From the NCBI RefSeq assembly GCF_006345805.1, contig NC_043000.1, forward strand, positions 67,022,001 to 67,086,000: DNA of 64,000 nt, given 5' to 3'. This DNA is from Octopus sinensis. Lineage: Eukaryota. This document shows, piece by piece, positions 1 to 12,590 of this stretch; position 1 is the first letter of the stretch; every line of letters starts with the position of its first letter. The position numbers and the translations under genes are program-made. The notes beneath the pieces were generated by a model, which worked only from the letters and a program-made list of their open reading frames with translations, did not search any database and was not told the origin of the DNA.

Positions 1-130
1 GTCGACTTTACCTTTCATCCTTTTGGGGTTGATGAAATAAGTACCATTTGAACATTGGGCTTGATGTAACCGACTACCTCCCTTCCCTCAAATTTCAGGC
101 CTTGTGCCTATAGTAGAAAGGATTATTATC
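1..130 (+). mobile_element. SINE family D, 3' part (cut by window edge)
   Basis: gtcgactttacctttcatcc...gatgaaataagtacc...ggccttgtgcctatagtagaaaggattattat recurs at about 2000-2128, 16140-16278, 28350-28470 and 42760-42885. Confidence 0.75.
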
Positions 131-1140
131 AATAATATCATGCTAACTTTTTGCTTTTGTTCATATGTACCTGTAGTGTGTGACACACTTATTTCAAATG
201 AAGCAGTAAAAATGTTGAAGGGAGAGGTACAAAGAAAAAGAGAAATAAAAGGTGTTAAGCAGAGGAGGTATAGTTGAAGTGAGTGGCAAAGTGGGAGAGA
301 GAGGAGGGACAGAGACAGTGAGTGGTGACTGAAAGGAAGGTGGTGTTCCTTTTTAGGTTTTTAAATGTTTATCAGTATTTACAGAGTAGACTGACACATA
401 CATCAAAAGAAAATAGATACATATATCCAAAGAAAATAGGTACATAGACACATTGGTAAATGAAAGACAAATAACTACAGCGAATATTAGATGCCACTTT
501 CACTTTCATTACCACACCAAGATAAAATTAACGCACAAGTGGTTGAGTACTCCACAGATAAGTGTACCATTAACATAGTTCTCAGGGAGATTCAGCCCCA
601 CATAGAATGTAACAAGGCTGGCCCCTTGGAATCTTCACTCTCTTAACCGTAGAGAAAAAGAGTGAAGTGATAGAGACAGAGAAAGGAAAGCCTCAGTCAT
701 TTACAATGACAATTAGACTGAAATACAATCGATCTTTTCTAGCTTCTTTACAATTAACAATGAAGAAGCAGTAAAGACATTTAGTAATGAATAGAGAGTA
801 AGTCTTTCAGGTGTTTACATTTTCATTCTGGAGTGTTAGTTCTCTCTTCTTTCTCCCACCCCTGGTACTTATTCACCTTGTTTGATAGTTCTTCATGTCA
901 TTTAGTAGTGTGGGGAAAGACCATGTTTTTTTTTTCAGGCATGTTTAACATTTTCTTTACAAGCTACAAACAAGCCCCACTCCCTTCCTTTTTTTTTCCA
1001 TACAAAAACTTATGCAAATTTTGAATGGGGTATAGCTGTGAAAAGAGCCTAGAAAAATGGGTAATACTTACTACAAAATGGGTGGGGAGAAAAGCTGCCA
1101 ACAGGTGGCTACATGAAATTCAACTCTATACTTTAAAGAG

Positions 1141-1410
1141 TATCTTCCACTATAACCTTGGGCCGACCAAAACCTCGTGAGTGAATTTGGTAGATGGAAA
1201 CTGAAAGAAGCCTGTCGTGTGCGTGTGTGTGTGTGTGTGTATTTATGGTGTTTTTGCATACTCATAACTTAGCTGTTTGGCAGACGAGACTGATAGAATA
1301 AGCACCAGGCTTATAGGGAATAAGTCAAGGGGTCAATTTCTTTGATTAAAGGGCAGTGCTCCAGCATGGCTACTGTCAAATGACTGAAACAAGTAAAGGA
1401 ATAAAAGAAT
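1141..1410 (+). mobile_element. SINE family A, decayed and 5'-truncated copy
   Basis: ccttgggccgaccaaaacctcgtgagtgaatttggtagatggaaactgaaagaagcctgtcg-(TG)n...ccagcatggc...tgactgaaacaagta aligns by eye with the full copies at 45604 and 62198. Confidence 0.8.
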
Positions 1411-1683
1411 ATCAGAAGAATGTTTTGTACTACTAAACTAAGAAGGTTCTTTCAATATGTATGATGTACTTTAAGGCTAAATAGTAATTCTGTTTACATT
1501 TGCATAACTGAGATATTTTGGTTGGGTTATATAGTTATCGGTTTTACACTTCTTTCTATATTCTGTAAGTGTCACAATGTAGAAACATTTCTCTTGTCAC
1601 CAGCACACAATGTGCAGGTGCTTACATTTTTTAGGTTTTCTGTGAAGTTTTCACAGGTCCAGCTAGTGATTAATATTATTATT

Positions 1684-2128
1684 GAAGGTGATGAGCTGGC
1701 AGAATTCTTGCCATGGCAGGAAAAATGCATAGCGACATTTGAATTCCACCAAGGTCAGCTTTGCCTTTTATCCTTTCAGGGTCAATAAAATAAGTACCAG
1801 TCAAGTACTGGTATTGATGCAATCAATTTAACCCCGCCATTGAAATTGCTGGCCTTGTGCCAAAATTTGAAACCAATATTATTATTGTTATTATTATTAT
1901 TATTATTATAACAACATGCTAGTTGAACCATTAGCATCTTGGACAAAATGTTCAGTGGCATTTCTGGCTTTATATTCTGAGTTCAAATACCACTGTGGCT
2001 TACTTTGCTTTTCATCCTGTCAGGGGTTGATAAAATAAGTACCATTCAAATACTGGTGGTCAATGAAATTGACTAGCTTCTTCCCCTAAAATTTCAAGCC
2101 TTTTGCCAATAGTAGAAAGGATTATTAT
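1684..2128 (+). mobile_element. Two adjacent SINE family D copies with (TAT)n tails
   Basis: Head ggtgatgagctggcagaat, core ctttcatcctttcagggtcaataaaataagtaccag, and tails ggccttgtgccaaaatttgaaacc(aat)attatt and gccttttgccaatagtagaaaggattattat. Confidence 0.7.
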
Positions 2129-2629
2129 CACTATATATAAGTACAGAAATAAAATATTGGATTCTTGTCATTTTTATTGCTGTATGTTTCTGTGCCTTAT
2201 TTCAGTTAGATTATCTCTAACTCTTAAGCATCTGTTGCGTCTTCTGCATTTGAAGAATTTGTATCCAGCTCAGGTTTAGATACATAATTTGTAGTGGCTT
2301 CTGAGTTTTGTGATATACCATAAGTGCATTGGATTAACACTATGCATTAACTAAAAATCACATCTGCTATTCTTCTGTTATGTTTTAAAGTTTAATTAGT
2401 TTATTTTCTTTTTTTATTTTTCTTGTGTCTTTTCTTAATTGCATTTATTTCTTGTTTTCATGAAAATTATTCCTTTGTTGTTGATACTTTGATGATGTAA
2501 TTGTCGTCAAGTTATGTGGTTATTTTTACATTCAAGTTTGGTTCTTCAACTCATTATTGCAATAAATTATACACATAATGAGAAAGGTTGCGGTAAATAT
2601 GTCTTAATGGAAACCAAACTCCTAGTTAC

Positions 2630-2856
2630 TTAACCCTTTTAATACCAATCTACCTGAAAACATCTCTGCTTCTATGATATATACTTCTTAATTTAAATGT
2701 GATCTCAATTAAAACCTTCCATGAAAATTTTTTGTTAATTTATGTTCCAAACATCAGCTTAATAATGACTTATTTCACTGAATTTTTTATTATTTTCAAA
2801 CTGATTTTAAACAAAAGCAGTGTATCTTAACAGAAATATGGTAACTAAAGAGTTGA
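2630..2856. mobile_element. TTAA-CCC-ended MITE (piggyBac-like ends)
   Basis: Left end TTAA-CCCTTT at 2630 and degenerate right end aaagagttga at 2847-2856. A related internal sequence (ttaatttatgttc..aaaca...cagaaatatggtaa) recurs at about 10790-10990. Confidence 0.5.
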
Positions 2857-4550
2857 TAGAAAGACACACAAGGTATTTCATGAAGTAGATTGTTTACAGT
2901 TTATGTCACATTAGAGATTCTTGTATAATATTTTGATGTAAAGTGACATATAGTAGAGAAACAATGGTTAGATGGTGAGTCTGACATCTGAGTTAATTTT
3001 TTGATTTGGAAAAACATTTGAGTTTTTGGGAAGTTAGGGACTGAAAATGTTTGGACTGATGAATTATTTGACTTATACATCATCAGGTTTGGTTTAAGCA
3101 GAGTGAAAAAACTTGAAAGAATAACTAGCAATGTCATGACCAAGATTATCTTTGGAGAGAAAAGATTTAAGATGGATATTCTTAAATAGGAGGGGATATT
3201 CTTAAATAATGGTTCAACTAGCATGTTGTTATAATAATAATAATTGGTTTTGGTTGTTTTGAAAGTGAGATGCACTTGAATAAAATTGAAGTGGAGTAGG
3301 TGGAAAAAAAGTACGTGTTCAAGCAGAATAAAATGTTAGAGAGATAAAGATGAACTTACCTATATTGTTTGTCTGTTATTATCCACTGGGGATTATTATA
3401 ATTATTCATAAAATTAATTCAACAGGCAGAGGGAGGGATAAAATCAATAAAAAATGTTAGGAAATGTATGGTGAGAAATGAAAGAATAAATAAATATTTT
3501 CAAACAACAGGTACTAAAAAGTAAATATGTTGACATATACAACTTCATTTTAGAAAACAAAATAGTATGGCCTGATCATTTGTATCAAAATATAATAAAG
3601 ATTGTTTGAAAAGATACATTAGTAATTTAGGTATTGTTTAGCTCCTGTTTAACTCAAGAGTGAGCTATCCTATGATCAAAGGCCATGTTTTGGCCATATT
3701 TTGATATATTCAATATGGCCTTCATTTTTTTAAAGACTATATTGTGTGATTTGAGGGAGGTTTGCCTGCTATTTCTAACATATGGAAAGATTGCACTGAT
3801 GTTTCCTTGTTGGCTTATTTGCAATTTTGCTCACACATCTGCTATTGAGTAAACTGAAGATGGTCTGCTTTGGTAAGAATTCATAACAGATTTCTAAAAG
3901 TTCAATTGCTGTCGGGAGGAAGGACAGCTTCAGGCTCTTATCCTTCATCAAATAGAGACAAAAGTGGTTGTAAGCTAGTAAATGGTGATGAAATTTAAAT
4001 GAAGGATTGAGGAGCATGTGAAGTGGGGAAGCAGAAGAAGTGGTTGTCATTTACTCATTTTATATCCCTGACAGAAACCTGGGGTACAAAGTGATGTGCC
4101 CTACACAGAAGTCCAAACTGATGGAAGGAAGACAAAATTGGTGATTGACAGTCAAAAGAGCCAATGGTCCAAGTTCTGCAGAAGAAAGTAGTGTTAAAGT
4201 GAGAAAGAGAGGGAGAATGTTAAGTAAAGAGAGCAGATGACAAAGAACAACTCACACCAAGAGTGAGGGGGAAATGCAAAAGGGGTAATCTGAGTAGAGT
4301 TTAAGATGAATGAAAGGAGTGGGAGCTATGGATATAAGAGGAAAGGGAGAAAGAATGAAAGTCTTAATCATTATAAAAGGTAGTTACTGTTCAAGTGAAA
4401 AGGTGAAAAAGTAGAGGGTTTGAGAGACCAGATACAACTACAGGCTGCAGATAAAATACTTTTGCTAGTATCAGTTGAGCTATGGTGTTTGAGAACATCA
4501 CAAACTGAGAGACAGTCACTGGAGTGGCTGAGTGAGTTACAGTGACAAGT

Positions 4551-5300
4551 TTAAGCCCTTAGCATTTAAACTGGCCATATCTAATCAAATCTGGTCTCGC
4601 ATCAACCCTACAATGACATTCTAAAAATGTAATAGTTACCTTATCGAATTCTCAAAGCTAGGACGTAATGCTAAGTTGGGAGGATCACTGCTTCCATAGC
4701 TGAATGGAACAAAACCCCGAAGTATTAGGACGTATCAGTGAACTATCTTTTCTAGCCTGTGGCATATTTGGAGGGGCTGAACCATTAAAGGTGAAGTTCA
4801 TGTCATTGTTGACAGTTTACCTTACAGGGGTGTTAGGTGATGCCTGTGAAGGTGCTTGGCTTTTCCAATGCTTTAGCCTTGCCCGTGGTAATGCCACAAG
4901 CATATTAGCTTGCTTTAGCAGGAGCAGGTTGCATCGAACCTTGTGCTGTGTGACCAATTGAAGCACTTGGTGTTGCATTGCTGTTTCTTTCTTTCTCTTT
5001 TTTTTTGTTTTTATTTTGTAAAATACATTCCTCTTCACTGAAATATTGCAAATTGTAACAATTATTTTGTACCTCCCAACACTAGTAAACCTGTCAGATG
5101 TTGCAGATAGAAAAACAGTAGTGTTATTTATTTCTGTTCTCTTTTTTTCTCATTGCACTGCAATGTTATCAACTTTGTTGTATTTTTATGGTATGGTAGT
5201 TGTTCTTAGTTTCTAAATGAATTCTCTATAAATTATACTTTGAAAATATCAATAAATAAGCATTAAATTTGGGAGAGTAATCTGAATGTTAAGGGGTTAA
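4551..5300. mobile_element. Second TTAA-ended MITE-like element with unrelated internal sequence
   Basis: Left ttaagcccttagcatt (4551) and right aatgttaaggggttaa (ends 5300) are imperfect inverted termini. Left-arm sequence recurs at about 11360-11430. Confidence 0.4.
4760..4930 (+). mobile_element. Relic of an RLE-type (CRE-like) non-LTR retrotransposon C-terminus
   Basis: ORF 4704-4961 contains LGDACEGAWLFQCFSLARGNATSILAC, which resembles the recalled CRE-clade terminal motif GD....FLFQRLSxAVQRGNAAxVL. Confidence 0.45.
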
Positions 5301-6952
5301 GGACATCCTGGCCATCTTTACAGAGATCAAAGATACTGATGTAAACAGCATCCAGATTATACTTTATCTTATCTATGTGCAGTGTTATAAAGTTTGCATA
5401 CTGTACAGTTGTTCTTGTTAACCCTTGGTTGACCCTGTTCAAGCAGACCTATGATCAAAGATGTTCCCGATGTGTCTATCCCGTCTTTTGTATATCCAGG
5501 ACTTTGCAAGCCTTTCAATAAAACAGCAGGTTGTATGTTGAAGGAGATTTGGTTATTGTTTCTAGTAAGTGTAAGCAACCAATGGTTTGTTGCTATTGGT
5601 GAGATGTTGATTATGGTGGTAGTGTAAAAAAATTACCATAGAGCCTTTAAGTCTGTACTCATATTGAAAAGCAGGGTATGTAATAACAGCATCTTTTCTT
5701 TTACAATCTTGCTCAAATACCAAGACTACATAGAAAACTATATTTTATTAATCAAGTCTAAACTGACTGAAACCTGTTTGTAGCCGTTATCTTTCTCTCT
5801 TGAAATTATCTCCCCTTTTTGAGAGTTGTGAACAATTGCCAGTGTTTTTTTTTTAAATCTTTCTCCAACTAACAAGTAGAGTATTGAAATATTTTGCATA
5901 TGTCATTCAGTACATCACTCCCTGTCTAAATTGTTGAAGACACAGTTGATATGGTCAGTCATGTTGAGCATAGACTTAGTAACTAGTGGAATTGTGGTTT
6001 TGGAGGGACATGGAGGGACAAATATGGCATTGATGGCATGAACAAGTAGGGAGTTCATATTGGGTATGGCTAGAAGCAAGGGAACTCCTGACCAGAAGCC
6101 TAAAGCAATTTTTGTCCTTTTTTTTAGTAATTTTATTGTATGACCAGAGAAAAATGGCCACTATCCATTATACTTTTTGAAGCCTCTGAGATTGGTGGAA
6201 GGAAGGAAGAATAGTATTTTAAGAGTGGAGACCTGACCTGAATGCTTGCAATAGAGTGTTGTACAGTGGTAAAGGCACATAAGGGTTGGGTGGTGGTGTT
6301 AAAGTGAAAAGCAGATTTAGTCTACCACTTAAGATCAAGAACTGCATCTCTAACCAGTTACCATATAATTTCTGTCTACCAAATTTCACTTGCAAAGCTT
6401 GCTTGAGGTTAGGATGACAGATACTTGCCCAAGTTTCCACAGCAGTGGTATTCAACCTGAAACCACCTAATTATAATGTAAAGGGGAAGAGAGCAGTAAA
6501 AACTTGGAAAAATTTTTTAAGCTCTGAGGAATAGTGTCTGGGATTAATGAAGTTATTGAAGTGGCAATTACTGCAATTAGATAAGAGGGATACTGTTTTA
6601 GGATGATGTTGTAGTAGGGTGTTCTAGAGTGTGTCTAGGTATGTTCTAGATATATGAATTTTTTTTGTATGTGAATGTATGAATAATTCTAAGGTTAACA
6701 AGTTAATGTTTAGGTCTCTGTTAATTATGTTCAAATAATAAATTTTTATTATTTTTTTGCCTCATAAATATCACAACAGGCCAGTCATACATGCTGAGAA
6801 TATGTCAAATTCCATAAATAAACATATTAGCAAAGATAATAATGGGTAAACTTGTGGTAACAGCTGTTACGACAAAACAAAATTGTATTTACACATGTAT
6901 TTTAATCTTGTACATTTGTTAATGCAGTTCACTTTTTCATTGCAGCTTGATC

Positions 6953-7240
6953 ATGAAGTGCAATTTTTCATGCATATTTCTGGTCACTTTTCTCTTTCTC
7001 CATGAAAAAGTTACATTGGTAACTTGTTCTAAGGGAGATTCTTCCTGGATATTCCAGCGGTGCCTTAGTGGTTGTCTTCATAAAAACTGCACTAATATGA
7101 AAGTCTTTGCCAGTCGCCAACCACTTAGTTTGAAAATAACAGGTTGGCATTGTGAAGATGAATGCAAGTATACTTGTATGTGGTATACTGTTGATGCTTA
7201 TCAAAAAGACAGCCAACAAATACCACAGTTCTATGGAAAG
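6953..7240 (+). CDS. PGAP3: PGAP3 coding exon 1 (signal peptide and Cys-rich luminal domain; 288 nt, ends phase 0)
   Basis: Acceptor ctttttcattgcag ends at 6945 and ATG is at 6953. Translation MKCNFSCIFLVTFLFLHEKVTLVTCSKGD...C...GWHCEDECKYTCMWYTVDAYQKDSQQIPQFYGK matches the recalled Per1/PGAP3 pattern (SxGD, GWxCxDxCKYxCMW, PQFxGK). Donor AAG|gtaagt at 7241. Confidence 0.95.
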
Positions 7241-7489
7241 GTAAGTAGATAAAATGTTTTTTTTTTTAATTAATCATAAATTCTTTCATGAATGTTTTTG
7301 TATTCAGTATTTCTTCCTTCCATACTTTTTTTTAAAATACATACAAAATATTGGTAAACATTTGTAGATATTGATGAATTCTCCTGTTGAATGACCTGCA
7401 CAAATGATTTGTTTATAATGATCAAATGTATGTGCTGTACATTAGCTCACTCCCTCCATCAACACAACATTGCCTGAACAGGTGCATGA

Positions 7490-7608
7490 TGTACCACATG
7501 GCAGGTGTCAAAGTGATTGCAGAGCAATGCGAGATGATGTGTTTTGCTCAAGAACACAATGCATCACCCAGTCTAGGAAGTGAAACCACGATCTTGTAAT
7601 CGTAAGTG
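7490..7608 (-). mobile_element. SINE family E fragment (tRNA-like head)
   Basis: The reverse complement contains gattacaagatcgtggtttcacttcctagactgggtgatgcattgtgttcttgagcaaaacacatcatctc, similar to the + copy at 63042. Confidence 0.6.
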
Positions 7609-7689
7609 CAATAGATATATTTTGATTGTTAAAACAATATTAATTCATTATCACTTCATACTATTGGGCCCACAGATACCTCCTCTATA

Positions 7690-7930
7690 GGGTCCTATTA
7701 GAAGTAATAGTCATGAAATTTTCCTCTTGGTTTCCCAAGCGACACTGTGGTGATCAGTTAATAGCTCCACCCCCTCTCTTTACACAAATGTCCAGCTCAG
7801 ATACAATTACAAAATCTATCAGTGAACTTTGTCCTAAAGTAGCCCTATACCAGGTAGACATATGGATATCTTTATGCTGGAAGAATGTGTTCATAACTGA
7901 CCTTTTTTCCAACACAGAAATCTAGTTTAG
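7690..7930 (-). mobile_element. RTE-clade LINE relic, APE endonuclease segment
   Basis: Minus-strand translation with frameshifts: LDFCVG...VMNTFFQHKDIHMSTWYRATLGQSSLIDFVIVS..LDICVKRG...TDHH. NTFFQHK, TW, IDFVIVS and TDH are typical RTE endonuclease motifs. Confidence 0.7.
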
Positions 7931-10593
7931 GCTTCTCCATTATGAACATAAACAGTGTATAATACTTAATTTTGCTTTTAAGATGTCAGTCTTTTTTGTA
8001 GATAAACTTAGAAAATTTACTGGTACCTGTTCCCAACTGGTAGGTGAACAAAATATTTCAATACTCTACTTGTTAGTTGGAGAAAGATTTAAAAAAATAG
8101 ATTAAAAATGTTCTGTCTCCAAGACATAACAAAATATCTGCAGAGGATTTGAATTCATGATCTATGAGCTGGTACTATTAATCAACTTGTTAATTTCTTT
8201 TAGACGATAAGCATAAAAATTTTGACCATCTATCTGTAAATTAAGAAAGGAATAGTCATCTTATTTAGAAAAAAAAATTCATAATGCTTTAGTATAAACT
8301 AAACCAGACAAGGTTCTTGTAGATTTTTGCAGTCATATGGTTTAAGTTGGTTTAAAAACTGCAGTGCAGAGTTGAAAAAGTTTTATAAATTAGTAAATAG
8401 AGGTAATAGAAAATTATTAGCATTGAGGTAGAAAAAGATCTTAAAAGAAGAGAATACATTAATAGAAAGAGAGCGAGAGAGAGCGGGGCAGTAATTAGCA
8501 AGTATTATAATGTCTGTGTTAGGTGTTTTAGACACTAAGAAGGTGTCTGTCTGCTTGCAATTGTATAGGCACCTAAAACAATTATTGAAAGCATGTACAA
8601 ATTACCAAGTCATACTTGTGCTTGCAAATGATGGTTAAGGTTTTTTTTTAGCTGTTATATTCTATTCTTTATATTAATTAAATTGCTGATTGCACAGTGT
8701 GAACTCAAAGGAAAAGAAGTGAGCAGAAAGTGATTCAGTATGCGTGTATGTGTAATTTCCTATTATGCGTTCTTGATGTGAACAGAGTTAGAAACAGTAG
8801 TATCAAAGGTATTGATGATTACTTGTGGTAGAAACAACAGTGATTATGGAAGTATTTGATAGTGCATTGTCTGCAAAAAAGCATGAGATTGTACAGGAAT
8901 GAATGATAGATTAAAGTGGGCTGAAGATGAGATGGATCAAATGTGAGAAAGTTAACCCGTTAGAAATAGGTTGTTGTGCAATTTTTTCCAAAGCATTTTA
9001 GCATGAAACTACAGTTGTACGTTGTTGCTGCTATGATAACAATTTATTCTATTTTATATTTAATTAAAAATGTTGTTTAGGTAATGATGGATAAAGATAT
9101 TAAATCATCTCAGTTTATTTTATTCTGTTAATTTACTGTATGTGAGGCTTTACAATTAAAGACTAGACAAGATGTGTTATTATGCTAAAATCTGTACCAT
9201 GGTTAAAGGTTCTATATTTTTATCAACTGATGGATCTATAAAAGGAAAGTATAGTTTTTCACATTTGTTATTTAGCAAAGATACTCTGCATATCTCTGCA
9301 AATTCTGACAAATCTGTCAATTTCATACCTTGTAAGTTTATCCTCGGAACCCTTCATTGCTCACATCTGTATAGGAAAAGACCTGCATATTTTTGAGCTC
9401 TCCAGACTTCTGTAAGTTAGCAGAAAGTAATTTCAAGAAGATGGTAAGGATGCACTGTCAACATTTTGACTTCTAGGCAATAATATAAGCCAGCCATGTG
9501 GCCATAGTAGGGCTTATGTTTTACCACTGCCTGAATAATGTCCAAAGCTTGTCTTGATAGGTACACTTAATGACCTCTATATTATTTATGAATACATATT
9601 TAATTCAACATTATTGATTTCATTACTTCTAAGACTGAATATTTCCACAGCAAGGTTATCTTGTTTACTTCAGTTCTCAATTATAAAACTAAACTAAACA
9701 TTTGAATGTATAAGCAAAAAAATCATTTCTCTCTAAATGAAGAATTTGACATTCTTATGAGATACTTAGTCTGTGAGCTGGTTGACCACCCTAAAAACTA
9801 CAACACCTGAATTGCAACATCTACTGCAAGCTTCTACAGTTATGATGGAATCCTGATCTCAAAGTGTCCATCTAGTATATTCAACTGTAAAATAAATTCA
9901 ACTGAAGCAGAAGCAAGCTTAACAACAGTAAACAGAGTGTGTGTGTACACACACATACATGCACATGAGCGTGCATGTGTGTGCATGCGCGCACAGAGAG
10001 AGAGAGAGAGAGGGGGGGGAAAGGAGAATGGCAAAAAATTAATGACAAAGGGTGTGTGACACCTTTGATGGCATGGCCACATGTTCGTTTTTGTGGTGAA
10101 AAGTTGTGTTTAGATTAATTTAAAATTCCTAAACTGAAACTAATTATTTTTTTACAATAATTTTTTTTTCTTACAATATCATTTTATAACTTTGATTTTA
10201 ATTTGTTTTCAAAACTAATGATGCACTTTTAGAAGTCAGAAACAAAGCTTAATTCAGGTCGAATTCTCGCACCAAACATCACAAGTATGGGCAGTATTAG
10301 CTGTTTTGTTGTTTTGTCACTGAAAATGGTTTGATGTGAAAGGTTGTGCATGTGTATTTTGCTCAGTGAATTTTGAGATTTTCTTAGATGTGTGCTTAGG
10401 CATTATATTTAAAATTTAATTAATGTTGATCTTAAATGCTTTTACAGTTGCAGAAATAAGCACTTTTCATTTAATTTTCAATGATTATATACTGATTAGT
10501 AACAAAATTGTACGATGGGGTTATCGAACATTTTATGTCATTTTATGAACATTTTGTGGCAGTACACCCAATGACAACAACCATCATTCACCA

Positions 10594-10597
<4 letters not shown>

Positions 10598-10641
<44 letters not shown>
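10598..10641. repeat. Perfect (TA)n microsatellite
   Basis: Uninterrupted TA run of about 22 units. Confidence 0.95.
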
Positions 10642-10645
<4 letters not shown>

Positions 10646-11176
10646 GATGCAGTAACCATACCATCTTTTTTTGTTTGTCAATATCTAATGTATTCTCTCT
10701 TTTTAATGGATAGAAATTGCTATTACAAGCAGGTTGAAAGGCCATGTAGAGGCTCCTTCATTTGCAATGCAAATGGCTTTGGTATAAAAGGGGATTATAC
10801 CAACCTACCCAAGACTGCCCTTGTTTTTATGTTATAAGCTTCTTGCTTTAAACTAATATAAATAAAAACCTCTTTGTTAATTTATGTTCTAAACACCACA
10901 TTACTAATGACAGTTATTTTACTGAATTCTTAATTATTTTCAAAATTAATTGAAACATTGTATTTTGACAGAAATATGGTAATGAAAGTGTCAATTCATA
11001 TGATGCATAGTGTAATGTATAATATAAATGCATGATTTGAATATTGTATATTTTGTATGCTCTAAAATGAAGAGACTGTGTGCTTAGTAGTAATACAATG
11101 TTTCTGTATTCCTATGGCTTCAAAGTTTGTCAGTGGATTTTGTTATATTTTCTCTCATATTTTTCTTTTTTAACAG

Positions 11177-11326
11177 TGGCCATTTGTTAGATTTTTTGGT
11201 ATTCAAGAACCTGCTTCTGCGATATTTTCCCTCTTCAATGCTTTAACACATATGATGATTTTCAAATTCCGAGCCAGGGTGCCATCTGTTGCTCCAATGT
11301 ACTATGTGTGGCATTCAATGGCTGTG
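11177..11326 (+). CDS. PGAP3: PGAP3 coding exon 2 (150 nt)
   Basis: ttttctttttaacag|TGG; encodes WPFVRFFGIQEPASAIFSLFNALTHMMIFKFRARVPSVAPMYYVWHSMAV, completing the PQFxGKWPF..QEPAS motif. Donor GTG|gtaagt. Confidence 0.95.
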
Positions 11327-11429
11327 GTAAGTTCAGAATTCTTTTAACTGGTCATGTCCATTCCAAATATTCTACTTGTTTTATGTTCAAATTGGCCTGA
11401 TCCAACCTCTCACACCTACCCTACAATAT

Positions 11430-12590
11430 ACGGGGTAGGACTGTCTTTGGCAGTAATTACAGCTTCAGTTCTACGAGATATGGACTCGTACAAAGTTAGA
11501 ATTGTTTCCAAAGCTAAAACAGTCTCCATTTCTTGTAGTGATGATGGTGTAGGATACCGACTCCTTACTTATTTTTCTAAGATGCACCGTAAATACTCAA
11601 TTATATTGAGATCTGGGGACTGGTGACCAGATAAAATATTCAACTTCACTAGAATGTTCCCGTGCCATTCAGTAACCACTTTAGCTTTGTGAATTGGTGC
11701 ATTATCATCCTGAAAGATTGCATTTTCCCCTAGAAACAGTTCCGCAACTATATGATGAATTTGATCAGATAAAATGCTTAAATGGTCTTGACTATTAATT
11801 TTGCTATGAAGGGAAACCATTGGGCTGGCAGATTTCCAAGATATAGCCCCTTGTCCAGATCATCACAGATCCCCCTCCAGTTGGAAGAAGGCAATCTGAG
11901 TCAAATGCTTCTTTTGGCTGCCTCCACACGTATATTCGGCCAGTGGTTGGAAATAAGGTAAAGGATGACTCGTCTGAGAGAATAACATTCTTCCACTGCT
12001 CTAGGAACCAAATCTGTAGGTTTTTATTCCGCTCTAAATGCTTTGCAATGTCTGTTTTTGGAAGTAGTGGTTTTCTGATTGCAGCCCTCCCGTGAAATCT
12101 GTCTTTGTGCATCTCCCAGCCAACTGTTTTTGTGTAAACTTGGCTCTCAAGGTGGTCATTAAGCTCTGCAGTAATTTTGGGAGCTGTACTTTTGTGATCC
12201 TTTCTAACAAATCGCATAAGAGTCAGACGGTCCCTATCTGAAAGTTTTGGTTTTCTTCCGGTGAGGAGATTTTTCACTCTTTCTCAAAGGCTGCCATTAC
12301 TTTCAAAACAATATTTCTTGATACACCAAATATTTTGGCTGTTTTTGTTACGCTAGCACTTGCCATACGAGCAACCAACAATTTGACCTCTTTGAAAGTC
12401 TGATAAATCTGTCATTTTCATGAATTTTAATTACCCTTTTCTGATGATGTCTGAAAAGAAACAGCAATTTTAGCAAAACGTATTAAGCAACACTAATAAT
12501 AAATAAAAAAACATAAAAATAAACAAGCTTTTGACAGTTTTATAGGTGAGTAATTTTCAAAGTGTTTGCTATTCCAAATAGATTTTATAT
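11430..12590 (-). mobile_element. Tc1-family transposon relic (frameshifted transposase) in PGAP3 intron 2
   Basis: ORF pieces 11804-12277 (TGRKPKLSDRD..., VILSDESSF) and 11569-11820 (IFQDDNAPIHKAK..., SPDLNIIEYL) are Tc1 HTH and DDE motifs. TIRs were not clearly identified, so the ends are approximate. Confidence 0.85.

Noticed and set aside
743-797. Candidate non-coding PGAP3 5' exon (cttttctag ... ga|gtaagt)
   Set aside because: Splice-like signals of this quality arise by chance in AT-rich introns, and nothing else supports it.
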